A DNA stretch of 64,000 nt from an uncultured Planctomycetaceae bacterium (GTDB lineage Bacteria; Planctomycetota; Planctomycetia; Isosphaerales; Isosphaeraceae). Numbering within the stretch: the stretch's first letter is position 1; the number at the start of each line of letters is the position of its first letter. This document shows, piece after piece, positions 10,662 to 21,861 of the stretch. The translations under genes and the position numbers were made by a program. A model generated the notes under the pieces. It was given only the letters and a program-made list of their open reading frames with translations, did no database searches and was not told where the DNA came from. Location: NCBI GenBank assembly GCA_963833985.1, contig CAWIAD010000001.1:96001-160000 (forward strand). The letters run 5' to 3'.

Positions 10662-12865
10662 ATGCATACGCCTTTGAATGTATTCGCGTTCGTGGCCATC
10701 TCTTCGGCTGCCTTTGCTGCCCAGGACCTGCCCGTGGGGAGTGCCCCTCCGCCACTTCCATTCGACCACTTTCCCGGCCGGCTCGAGGCCGTGGTCTGGC
10801 GCAACTGGCAGCTTGTGCGGCCGCCGATCCTGGCAAGAGTGCTCGGGGCCAGCGAAGGGCAGATCCGGCAGATGGCCGCCTCCATGGGCCTGCCGCCCGC
10901 CGGGGACGTTCCAGCGGACCTGGCGCCGCGGGCGTACATCACGGTACTGCGCCGCAACTGGCATCTTCTGCCCTACGAGCAGCTTCTGCCTCTGGTCGGG
11001 ATGACGCGTGCCGAGCTGGCCGAGTCGTTGCGCGAGGATGACTTCCTGTTCGAGAAGCTGGGGAATCTCAAGCCGCGCTGCGGCCCGGTGACTTATGTCG
11101 AGCCCGACGCGCAGGCTCGAAGCAGGGCCGCCGGGCTGAAGGCAATCGTCGAGGCTCGGTTCGGAGCCGCGATCCTCCGTCACGCCGAGCCGCGCTTCGC
11201 GTTTGGCGAGGCGCTCTCGAGGGTCCCTGACGGTTTCCAGCCCGCTTCCCGAAGGCCCGGCGAGGCGCCGCGCTTCCTTTACTCTTACTTCGGCAGCTAT
11301 GGCGACCCGCTGGCCGATGGTGCCCCGAACTCGTATCCCGACGGCTTGCTCGCGCGGCTCTCGGAATGCGGAGCCAACGGCGTCTGGCTGCACGCTGTCT
11401 TGCGGCAGCTTGCACCGGGAGGGCGCCACTTCCCGGAGTTCGGTGCGGGGCACGAGCAACGCCTGGCGAACCTGCGCCGGATTGTCGACCGCGCGCATCG
11501 ATTCGGCATCGACGTCTATCTCTACATGAACGAGCCCCGGTCGATGCCGGAAGCGTTCTTTGCCCGTCGGCCCGAGATGGCCGGCGTGCGCGAGAGCCAG
11601 CACCGGGCACTATGCACCAGCGATGCCAGGGTCCGCGACTGGATGAACGATGCACTGGCGGAGGTTTTCCGGGCCGTCCCCGGACTGGGCGGCGTGTTCA
11701 CGATCACGGCCTCGGAGAACCTGACAAACTGCGCGTCGCACGGCCAGCAGGCGGGATGTCCGCGCTGCAAGAGCCGGCGACCCGAGGAGATCCTTGCCGA
11801 GGTGAACGCCACGATTGCCGCGGGCGTGCACCGGGGTGATCCGAAGGCGAAGGTGCTCGTCTGGGACTGGGGCTGGCCCGGTCCCGAGGCGATCCGCCTG
11901 CTTCCGCCCGATGTCTGGCTGATGTCCGTCAGCGAGTGGTCGCTGCCCATCGAGCGCGGGGGAGTGAAGAACAGGGTTGCCGAGTACTCGCTCTCGGCAC
12001 CGGGCCCGGGCCCGGCGCCATCGCCCACTGGAAGCTGGCGCATGCGCGCGGTCTCAAGACGGCGGCAAAGCTCCAGATCAATAACTCCTGGGAGCTCTCG
12101 GCCGTCCCCTGGCTGCCTGTACTCGACCTGGTTGCCGAGCATTGTGCCGGCCTGGCCAGGCAAAAGGTTGATGGCGTCATGCTGAGCTGGTCGCTCGGCG
12201 GTTACCCTTCGCCGAACCTTCTGGTCGCGGAGCACTTCGCCCGCAACCCAGAAATGACGCCCGATGCAATCCTCGACGAGATCGCGGCCAGCCGCTACGG
12301 CGCGGCCCACGCGGCGCGGGTGCGCGCCGCGTGGAAGGCCTTCAGCACGGCCTTTCGCGAGTTCCCCTACGACGGCGCGGTGCTCTACAATGGGCCCCAG
12401 CAGGTCGGGCCCGCGAACCTGCTCTGGGCGCAGCCGACCGGGTACCGCGCCTCGATGGTCGGCTTTCCCTACGACGACCTCAACGCCTGGCGTGGACCGT
12501 ACCCCGCGGAGGTGTTCGCCAGCCAGTTCGAGAAGCTTTCGCGCGGCTGGCAAGGCGGTGTGGCCCAGTTGCAGGGCGTCCCGGGCGCGGTCGCCGCGGC
12601 CGACCTGAAACTGGCCCGAGCGGCCGGGCTGCACTTCGAGTCGGTCGCCAACCAGGCGCGATTCCTCATGGCGCGTGACGCCGGCCGGCGGGACGAGATG
12701 GCCCGCATCGCCCGACGCGAAGCCGCCCTCGCCCGTGCTCTCTACGACCTGACTCTCGACGACTCACGGATCGGCTTCGAAGCGTCCAACCAGTATTACT
12801 ATCTGCCGCTGGACCTCGTGGAGAAAGCGGTGAACTGTGAGCTGATCGTGAAGGCCAGCCGTTGA
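10662..12865 (+). CDS. Secreted hypothetical protein, possible TIM-barrel carbohydrate-active enzyme (frameshift ~12015)
   Basis: ORFs 10554..12185 and 11936..12865 join at SAPGPGP; signal peptide ending AFAAQ; motifs GANGVWLH, YLYMNEPR, ASENLTNC, GFEASNQYYY. Confidence 0.6.
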
Positions 12866-13076
12866 TCCCGGCCAGCGCTGCTTGACTGCGGTGGCTCGGC
12901 CGCATCCGGAAAACCGCGCGCGAAGGGTTGTCGCCTTCCTCATGGGCGTGGCCTTCGCGACAGACTCTGGAAGCCTCGGAATGAAAGTTGCAGACGGTTT
13001 TGCCCATCGCTGATGGGTGCGTCCAGGCCATTCATCGATCGATTATTAAAAGACATAGAAGTAGCTTCATTTCTGG

Positions 13077-13105
13077 TTGACTGAGATTCCAGGCGTGACA
13101 ATAAT
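13077..13105 (+). promoter_or_regulatory. Putative sigma70-type promoter upstream of the di-heme peroxidase gene
   Basis: TTGACT-N17-AATAAT preceded by an AT-rich tract. Confidence 0.45.
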
Positions 13106-13647
13106 CGCTCGACGGATCGAACCTGGGGATGAAGGACTCCCCCCCTTCCAGACGTGCCTCGCTTCTGCTCGATCGCCTTCTTGTCAAACCTCGGGGGTCA
13201 TGCAACCAGGGCAGCGATGACTGTCAGCGTTCGGGCTCTGCCTGAACCAGAGGCTCACTCGCGGTCTCCACCGCGGACCGACGCGAACCAGCAAACCAGC
13301 GGCAGCGGACGGACTGCGCAGCGTCTCTGAGATTGCGTGCGGAGATCGTCACCTTCCAGGAACCGAAAGGATGTTCCCTCAAGGAAGCGACCTGGCAGGA
13401 AAGGGGATGCGCAACCAGTTGCCTGGCACTATGCGGGACATGGCTCTTCGGCCTTCTTTCTGAGGGCCGCCCCGGTTGTTTCTCGGCAGGCGCGCGAACC
13501 AAGCGCGGAGCGGACGCCGCTCCGAGCCGGTGCATCGTGCGCGCACGCAGTTGGCTGACGTCTCGGAACGTTCGCTCCACGATCGGACCGTGAGAAACTC
13601 CGAGACCATTTGACGTGATTAATCACCGTACAGGGAGCCTCAGGTTC

Positions 13648-15159
13648 ATGAGCAAGACGTATCTCTTCACCGGGTCCTTGGTCGCACTGGGGCTGACGGC
13701 GGTCGCCACTTTGACCTTGCTGTCCTTTCCAAGAGACACGCCGGCGCAGGCGCAGCAGGTCACGCCGTTCGTATTCTACCCGCCCTTGCCGCCGCCGAAG
13801 AAGCCGCCCAACATGGTCAAGCTGAGCACCGTGGAGCAGCTTGGCAAGGACATCATCTACGACACCAGCCTGTCCGATCCACCGGGATATGCCTGCGCCA
13901 CTTGCCACGTTCAGGAGACGGGTTTCACCAACCCGCTCTCCGTGGTCAACCTGGGCGCCGGGACCTCGCCCGGGGTGGTCCCGGGCCGGGCCACCAACCG
14001 TCGGCCGCAGTCCTACGCTTACGCGGCCTTCAGCCCGGTCGGACCCTACTATGACGCGACGTTTGCACAGGCCTACGTGGGCGGCGATTTCTGGGATGGC
14101 CGCGTCCCCGACCTTTCCGGCCAGGCCAGGCAGCCGTTCGTCGACCCCAACGAGATGGCCAATATTCCCACCAATGGCATCTATCCGCCACCGTCAGGCG
14201 GGTATTCTTTGCGGGTCGTCGAGCAAGTCCGGAAAGCACCTTACGCCCGGCTCATGAAGAGGATCTTCGGCAAGGATGTGTTCACGAAGTACACCGTCCC
14301 TCAACTGTACGAGATCATCACTCAGGCCGAGGCGGCCTACGAGTCCTCGGGCGAGGTCTGTCCCTTCAGCTCGAAGTTCGACGCCTCGATGTTCGGCGTT
14401 CCACCGCAGACCAAGTACATCCTCACGGCCTCCGAACTCAGGGGCATGGATCTCTATTTCGGCAACTATGTCAGACCCGACGGGACACCCGTCAACGCCC
14501 ACTGTGCGGAGTGCCATTCGTCTTCGATGTTCCCTCCCGTGTCCGCGATGACCAACGGCAAGGACACCTTCACCATGTACTGCTTCGCCAACATCGGTGT
14601 CCCCAAGAACTACGGAAACCCCTACTTGCAGATGACCGACTGCGCCAGCAACCCGCATGGCTGCAACCCTATGGGAACGGCGTATGTCGACTACGGACTG
14701 GGCGCGAACCCGAACCCCGCCCCCGACGGCACGAAGTTCTACAACAGCACGCCGGGTGATATTCCCCAGTATCGCGGGCTCTTCCAGGCACCGACGACAC
14801 GCAACGTCGACAAGCGGCCGAACCCTGGGTTCGTCAAGGCTTACATGCACAACGGCGTCTTCAAGAGCCTGAGCGAGGTCGTTCATTTCTACAACAAGCG
14901 AAACTGGGCGATGAACCCCCATGGCGCCACGGTGGTCTTCAACCTCGTCGCGGGCCCGCCCGCGGGCTACACGCCGCTCTTCGCGCCGCCGGAGGTCATG
15001 GACAACGTCAACAATGTGCAGGGGTCACGCTCGAACACGCCCGGAATCGCCCAGGTCGGCAACCTCGGCCTGACCGATTCCGAGGAGCAGGACCTCGTCA
15101 ACTTCCTGACGACGCTCTCCGACGGCTACACCGCACCCAACCCGGTGGGCAGCGATTGA
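13648..15159 (+). CDS. Di-heme cytochrome c peroxidase / MauG family protein
   Basis: Two CxxCH motifs (CATCH, CAECH); LGKDIIYDTSLS, FWDGR, PTTRNV and YMHNG motifs; N-terminal signal/TM segment. Confidence 0.88.
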   Translation: MSKTYLFTGSLVALGLTAVATLTLLSFPRDTPAQAQQVTPFVFYPPLPPPKKPPNMVKLSTVEQLGKDIIYDTSLSDPPGYACATCHVQETGFTNPLSVVNLGAGTSPGVVPGRATNRRPQSYAYAAFSPVGPYYDATFAQAYVGGDFWDGRVPDLSGQARQPFVDPNEMANIPTNGIYPPPSGGYSLRVVEQVRKAPYARLMKRIFGKDVFTKYTVPQLYEIITQAEAAYESSGEVCPFSSKFDASMFGVPPQTKYILTASELRGMDLYFGNYVRPDGTPVNAHCAECHSSSMFPPVSAMTNGKDTFTMYCFANIGVPKNYGNPYLQMTDCASNPHGCNPMGTAYVDYGLGANPNPAPDGTKFYNSTPGDIPQYRGLFQAPTTRNVDKRPNPGFVKAYMHNGVFKSLSEVVHFYNKRNWAMNPHGATVVFNLVAGPPAGYTPLFAPPEVMDNVNNVQGSRSNTPGIAQVGNLGLTDSEEQDLVNFLTTLSDGYTAPNPVGSD

Positions 15160-15162
15160 AGT

Positions 15163-15311
15163 TCCAGGGCGGTTTTCACCTGGATCGCAGACTGAGACCG
15201 GGGGGCAGGCATTCCTGCCTGCCGGAGCAGGCCTGCCCTGGCAGACAGGAATGTCTGCCCCCCCTTCCAAAACTCAAAAGCTGCCTGCAACCCTCAGAAA
15301 ACCGCCCTGGA
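15163..15311. repeat. REPIN/MITE-like element: 15-bp perfect terminal inverted repeats enclosing an inverted REP pair
   Basis: TCCAGGGCGGTTTTC (15163-15177) / GAAAACCGCCCTGGA (15297-15311); inner GGGGCAGGCATTCCTGCCTGCC / GGCAGACAGGAATGTCTGCCCC. Confidence 0.8.
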
Positions 15312-15316
15312 TGGAT

Positions 15317-15408
15317 CCTCGCCTCCTGGAATGTGGGCCAGTCGCCCTCGGCTGGCTCAGGACGGCCGAGGGCGGCCATCCCCACTTTCCCTCTTACGGG
15401 GAGCTATT
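15317..15408. repeat. Dispersed ~92-bp REP-doublet element, copy 1
   Basis: About 90% identical by manual alignment to the reverse complement of 51410-51502; internal palindrome GCCCTCGGC...GCCGAGGGC. Confidence 0.85.
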
Positions 15409-15511
15409 CAGAACTCGGTCATGATCGAGCAGCGTCAGTGCGCAGGCCCTGGTAAGGCAGGCGAGGGAACGAGCCCCGATACCTCGCGCGGCCTGCCAGG
15501 GCCGGCCCACA

Positions 15512-16264
15512 TCATCCGTCGCGCCGCACCCGATAGAGCAGTCCCCGCGCGGACTGGTCCTCGTCACGTCGCGCCGTGACTTCCAGATTCTCCACGGTGC
15601 AGGTCAACCCGCGCGATGCAAGGGCCGCGGTGAATCCCTCTGCCGAGCTCCGGCCCGGGCAGGCGATCAGGCCCATTCCGCCCGGCTCGAGCATCCGCTC
15701 GAGCAGGCCGGCGACCAGGGGCACGAGCCTGCGCTCGTAAAGCACGTCCGAGCCGAGGATCACGGGATAGGTGTCGCTGGGCGGATCGCGCCAGTCCAGG
15801 ACCCGAGTGCTGTACCAGGCGGGATCAAAGCCGTTCTCCCGCGCGCTCTGCCGCACAAAATGCAGGGGGGCGTCGTCGTAGTCGCTGAAACAAACGGTCA
15901 GTCCGCGGTCAACCGCAACCAGTCCGGCCAGGCCGACGCCACAGCCAATCTCGAGCGCACGCGTCCGCCCGATGGAATCCTGCCGGACCGGCCAGGTCTG
16001 TCGCGCCACGCTCTCGGCCAGCAGGACCGCGCCTGGCCAGACATAGGCCCAGTACGGCATGTAATCGTCGCGACGGTTCCAGCTCTGCACCAGTGGGTCA
16101 TCAAGCAGCCGGTCAGGGTCGGCGGGACGGACCAGGCGAATCGGCCGTCCGCGGAACTCCATCTCCGTGACAGTCACCGGCCCGCGATACGCGCTACGTG
16201 CTGCCGCGGCTTCATCCGGTTCTGGCGTGGTTGGAGCTGGCGATTGCAAGGTGGCCTGCTTCAC
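15512..16264 (-). CDS. Class I SAM-dependent methyltransferase, METTL20/21-like (Methyltransf_16) protein-lysine methyltransferase family
   Basis: PYWAYVWPGA, ALEIGCGVGLAG, SDYD, LDWR and ILGSDVLYE motifs; GTG start overlaps the upstream stop (GTGA). Confidence 0.8.
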   Translation of the reverse strand: MKQATLQSPAPTTPEPDEAAAARSAYRGPVTVTEMEFRGRPIRLVRPADPDRLLDDPLVQSWNRRDDYMPYWAYVWPGAVLLAESVARQTWPVRQDSIGRTRALEIGCGVGLAGLVAVDRGLTVCFSDYDDAPLHFVRQSARENGFDPAWYSTRVLDWRDPPSDTYPVILGSDVLYERRLVPLVAGLLERMLEPGGMGLIACPGRSSAEGFTAALASRGLTCTVENLEVTARRDEDQSARGLLYRVRRDG

Positions 16265-16842
16265 ATCTCGATGAGTGGAACGAATCGCCGCAAACGTTCG
16301 CTGAGGGTGTCGGCCAGGAGTGCGGGCTCGGTAAAGACCTGGTCGGGGCTCGTTTTCAGTGCGAAAGCCGTCGCTTCCTGTCCCAGGTTGACGCGCAGCA
16401 GGCCGAGCGGAACCGCGCGGAAGCGACGCAGCGACCCCGCCAGAACCTTGGCGAGCACGGCGTCGTCGCCGGGGCCGACCGGCTCGGGCGTGAGAATCAA
16501 CCCCGTCAGGCCGATCGTCAGGCCCTTCCAGGGCGGAAACCGCTGGCTCGCCGCCTGGGCCAGGCGCTGGAGGAGCTTTGCGTAACCGGATTCGGAAAGC
16601 TCCACATCCACCGGCTGGCGCACGACGGCAACCAGGCTGACCGCCCGCCCGAAAAACGGCAAAGCGCTGTATCGCACGCTCCGGCGATAGTAGCGCAGCA
16701 CATCCAGCGGAGGCGTGCGAAACTCCTCGCCGGGCTCCAGCACGGCACCCGCCCCGCGCAGCACGGGGTCGATCCACTCGAACAACCGCTCTTCAAGCAC
16801 GGGGACGTCGTCTCCGGGGCCAGGTGGGGTCCCAACAGCCAA
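16261..16842 (-). CDS. Hypothetical protein
   Basis: 193-aa ORF with protein-like composition, translationally coupled to the methyltransferase. Confidence 0.6.
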   Translation of the reverse strand: MAVGTPPGPGDDVPVLEERLFEWIDPVLRGAGAVLEPGEEFRTPPLDVLRYYRRSVRYSALPFFGRAVSLVAVVRQPVDVELSESGYAKLLQRLAQAASQRFPPWKGLTIGLTGLILTPEPVGPGDDAVLAKVLAGSLRRFRAVPLGLLRVNLGQEATAFALKTSPDQVFTEPALLADTLSERLRRFVPLIEM

Positions 16843-16951
16843 TCAGGGCGTTAGAATCCAGGTTGCAGCCAGAAGCCAGGATGCACAGGGGAAGAGCGTC
16901 AGAGAAATGCCTCCTCGCCTCCCTGCGCCCTCGTAGCAAGGTTCACACCTG

Positions 16952-17659
16952 ATGGAAATGGCAATGGATCTGTCGCCCCGCCCGGCGGCCGCGTCGCGTG
17001 TCAGCCTGTCGATCATCATCATGCCCGAACAATCCAACCCTTACGGGACCATGCACGGAGGGGTCATGCTCCGGCTGGCCGATGAGTGCGGAGCGATCGC
17101 CGCGCTGCGGCATGTGGGGCACGGCCAGATCACCACGGCCGCGATCGATTCGATGATCTTCCTCGGCCCGGTCCAGGTGGGCGAGCGCGTCGAGGTGACC
17201 GCCGAGGTCACCGCTGTGGGCCGATCGTGGATCGAGTCGCGCATCGAGATCTTCGCCGAGCCCCTGGCGCGCATCGGCAGGCGCAAGGTGGGCGTGGGAT
17301 ACGGCCTGTACGTCGCGCTCGATGACCGGGCTCAGCGCCACGAGCGGGTACCGCCCCTGCTCACCGAGACGGCCGCCGACCATCGTCGCGACGAGGCGGC
17401 CCGCGCGCGCCAGGCCGTGCGTCTTGCCCGCCGCGCTGAGGCTCTTGCCGAGCAGGAACAGGCGGACACCTGCGCCCCGGGCCGGCCGGAGACCATCATT
17501 CCCCGGCGACCGGCTGCGACGCTTCTCTTTCGGCCGACACGGTGGAGACGGCCCCGGGGATCTCGAACTTCGGCACCGACGCGTCGCTGTAAACCGCCTC
17601 ACCGTGCGGCTTGTCCTCGTGGTGTCTGGGCGTGCTCTGGTACGAGGAGTAGCTGCTGA
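16952..17659 (+). CDS. Acyl-CoA thioesterase (hotdog fold, YciA-like); 3' end uncertain
   Basis: MPEQSNPYGTMHGGVMLRLADE motif; the last ~55 codons overlap the convergent tatA gene and may be artefactual. Confidence 0.8.
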   Translation: MEMAMDLSPRPAAASRVSLSIIIMPEQSNPYGTMHGGVMLRLADECGAIAALRHVGHGQITTAAIDSMIFLGPVQVGERVEVTAEVTAVGRSWIESRIEIFAEPLARIGRRKVGVGYGLYVALDDRAQRHERVPPLLTETAADHRRDEAARARQAVRLARRAEALAEQEQADTCAPGRPETIIPRRPAATLLFRPTRWRRPRGSRTSAPTRRCKPPHRAACPRGVWACSGTRSSC

Positions 17660-17831
17660 TGGCGCCGCCGGAGCCGTCGTCCAGCCCCTCGGCAACGCCG
17701 CTGAGACCCTTCTTGAACTCGATGATACCCTTGCCCAGAGAACGTCCAACCTCGGGAAGCCGCTTACCAAAAAGCAGCACGGCGACGCCCATCACGATGA
17801 GCATCTCGAGCAGGCCAAGCTGTGGAAGCAT
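17496..17831 (-). CDS. tatA: Twin-arginine translocase TatA/TatE family subunit
   Basis: LGLLEMLIVMGVAVLLFGKRLPEVGRSLGKGIIEFKKGL. Confidence 0.9.
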   Translation of the reverse strand: MLPQLGLLEMLIVMGVAVLLFGKRLPEVGRSLGKGIIEFKKGLSGVAEGLDDGSGGAISSYSSYQSTPRHHEDKPHGEAVYSDASVPKFEIPGAVSTVSAEREASQPVAGE

Positions 17832-17875
17832 ACGCGGATCTCCAGTGGGCCAGATGGGATGCGGAGACACGAAGG

Positions 17876-18088
17876 TCACGGGCCGGGCGGGGTGGTCTTC
17901 TTGTCCGCGGTCACCGCCTGGTCAATCTCGTCCTCGATCCCCGCGATGCCTTTCTTGAATTCGGTCACGCTTTTTCCCAGCGAACGCATCACGCTGGGCA
18001 AGCGGTTGCCGAACATGAGGAGTGAGACGAAGGCCACCACCAGCAATTCCGTCGTGCCGATGTTCTGCAAGAAGGCAAAAGGCATCAT
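17876..18088 (-). CDS. tatA: Twin-arginine translocase TatA/TatE family subunit
   Basis: IGTTELLVVAFVSLLMFGNRLPSVMRSLGKSVTEFKKGI; AGGAG RBS. Confidence 0.9.
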   Translation of the reverse strand: MMPFAFLQNIGTTELLVVAFVSLLMFGNRLPSVMRSLGKSVTEFKKGIAGIEDEIDQAVTADKKTTPPGP

Positions 18089-18224
18089 GAATGAGCTCCT
18101 GGTCACTGCGGCGCGGCTGGGCGCCTGGTCGTTTCGTTCGGTCCAAGGGGGTCAAGGGATGCGCGAAGGCCGCACCGGTCTGGGTGAAGGGGCACGGAAA
18201 AGCAAAAGCCCGTCGCGCGCTGCG

Positions 18225-18548
18225 TCAGGGCAGCAGCGTGGCGGCGGAGCCTTTGAGGATGACGGCTCGGGCGATGATCAGGGCGGCCACCGCGGTGGCT
18301 GCCAGGATGGTCAGGAACCAGTAGAATCGGGGCCCACGCGTGAGGAAGGCTCCGGGAATGCGCGAAGGCCGGGTGCCGGCTGCGGCAACCTGGGCCGTCC
18401 CCGCCGGCATGCGCCGGGCCGATGTCCGGCGAACTGGAGAGAGCCAGGGCAGGACGGTCCGCGCCTGGCGGCTCTTGAGCACGCCCGTCCTCCCGTAGAG
18501 CACCAGCACCACCCCGGCGATGATGAACAGTTCCCGTAACCCGATCAT
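18225..18548 (-). CDS. Small membrane protein with a TatA-like N-terminal helix and a second C-terminal TM segment
   Basis: MIGLRELFIIAGVVLVLYG N-terminus; FYWFLTILAATAVAALIIA C-terminal hydrophobic helix; GGAG RBS. Confidence 0.6.
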   Translation of the reverse strand: MIGLRELFIIAGVVLVLYGRTGVLKSRQARTVLPWLSPVRRTSARRMPAGTAQVAAAGTRPSRIPGAFLTRGPRFYWFLTILAATAVAALIIARAVILKGSAATLLP

Positions 18549-18863
18549 GATCTGCCGTCTCCAGGTTCCTGTTCTCAACCCCGAACCCGAAGTCCCGGCG
18601 GGTGATTGAGCTGGGAACCCCTGCCTCGGCGGCCGCGGACACTTCGGAATAGAGGGCTGCGGCGAGACCGCGATCCGCCAAGGGCCCTCCGGTGAGCTCG
18701 AGACTCAAGCTCGCCAGGCCTTGCTGTCCACGACCGATCTTGAAAGCCGATTCAGCCGCAAGCACGGGAATGACGTCGCGCGGGAAGGGAGGGCCGACAG
18801 CTCGGCGCCAACCGAAGGCCAAGGCGTCTCGACAGGGACGACGCGGGGTGGGTTGACATATTG

Positions 18864-18891
18864 ATCGTAACACCGGGGCCAGTGCTGTCAA
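18864..18891 (-). promoter_or_regulatory. Putative sigma70 promoter for the tatA cluster
   Basis: Minus strand TTGACA-N16-TACGAT with an extended -10 TG. Confidence 0.5.
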
Positions 18892-18968
18892 TCAAATTCT
18901 CACCGGCCGGAAGCCGCGGAAGTCGCGAAGTTCCGTGCTCGTCACTCCGGGACGATGGTCGTCTCGAG

Positions 18969-19050
18969 TGCGAGAGGAGGGAGTTGAACCCTCACCCCTT
19001 GCGGGACAGGATCCTAAGTCCTGCGCGTCTGCCAGTTCCGCCACTCTCGC
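18969..19050 (-). tRNA. tRNA-Leu (anticodon TAG); CCA not encoded
   Basis: GCGAGAG acceptor stem, GGCGGAACTGGCAGACGC D-arm, CAGGA-CTTAGGA-TCCTG anticodon arm, long variable arm, GGTTCAACTCC T-arm. Confidence 0.95.
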
Positions 19051-19139
19051 GAAACGCCGGGGGCAATGACTCTCACTGCCGCCTGACGAACGTGTATCCT
19101 ATCAGAGACAGTACCCACGCCAACAGGTTCGATGCTCCC

Positions 19140-20853
<1,714 letters not shown>

Positions 20854-21067
20854 CGCGGCGAGCATTGCATTCATGTTTCGCGACATGCGGCGGATTCTTG
20901 TTGCCAGGAACGGGCACACAGGGAACAATGCGCTCAAGGTAAGGGACGGAGCAGATTGCGGTTCTTTGAGCTTTTCAGCCGCCTCAGGCGTACAATACAG
21001 ATGTGAACTGCGAGCGCGGTGTCAGTTTGACGCGCTCCGGCCGTATTGAATCGAGGAGATTTTCAGA

Positions 21068-21826
21068 GTGGCCACCAGCAACCCCGCTTTTTCTCAGGAC
21101 ATCTTCGCCGGATACCAGCAGGTTTACGGAGTCCCGCGCAGCACGGTAACAACCGTGCAGGGGACGATGTCCAAGACGTTCCTGCTGCTGGCGATCATGT
21201 CAGCCACTGCGCTCTGGGCGTTCCACGCCGTGGCGACGGATCAGCTTGAGTATGGAGCGATTCTTGTGGCCGGCATTGCCGGCTTCATCCTGGCCATGGT
21301 CACGATCTTCAAGCCCACCATCGCTCCCTGGACATCGCCGGTTTACGCGGCGATGGAAGGCGTCTTCCTGGGGTCCATCTCGCAGATCGTCGAGATGCGC
21401 TACGGCAAGGTCTATCCCGGCATCGCTCTCCAGGCCGTGATGCTCACGGCGGGGACCCTGCTGCTCATGATCTTCCTGTACGCCAACCGGATCATCCGGG
21501 TGACCGACCGTCTCAGATCCGGCGTCATCATGGCCACGGGCGCGCTTTGCCTCTTCTACATTTTGACCATGGTGCTGCGGCTCTTCGGCGTTGCCGTTCC
21601 GTTCGTGTTCAGCTCCAGCCCGATCGGCATCGGCTTCAGCCTGCTCGTCGTCGGCCTGGCGGCTTTCAACTTGCTGCTCGACTTCGACTTCATCGAAGAG
21701 GCCGCCCAGCGCGAGATGCCCAAGTACATGGAGTGGTACGGCGCCTTCGGGCTCATGGTCACGCTGGTCTGGCTTTATCTCAAGATGCTCCGTCTGCTCT
21801 CGAAGCTTGCCAACAACCGTAACTGA
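21068..21826 (+). CDS. Bax inhibitor-1/YccA-like membrane protein
   Basis: About 7 hydrophobic segments; NLLLDFDFIE and EWYGAFGLMVTLVWLYL signature; GAGGAG RBS. Confidence 0.88.
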   Translation: MATSNPAFSQDIFAGYQQVYGVPRSTVTTVQGTMSKTFLLLAIMSATALWAFHAVATDQLEYGAILVAGIAGFILAMVTIFKPTIAPWTSPVYAAMEGVFLGSISQIVEMRYGKVYPGIALQAVMLTAGTLLLMIFLYANRIIRVTDRLRSGVIMATGALCLFYILTMVLRLFGVAVPFVFSSSPIGIGFSLLVVGLAAFNLLLDFDFIEEAAQREMPKYMEWYGAFGLMVTLVWLYLKMLRLLSKLANNRN

Positions 21827-21861
21827 TCCGCAAGCCGCACGTCCTGCTCACGGCAACTGCC

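Noticed and set aside
17496..17659. Functional 164-bp convergent overlap between the thioesterase and tatA
   Set aside because: The thioesterase tail is low-quality R/P-rich sequence; a lost stop or an indel is more likely given the error rate
18969..19050. tRNA-Leu as an integration site of a genomic island
   Set aside because: No integrase nearby, and I found no duplicate of the tRNA 3' end in the window
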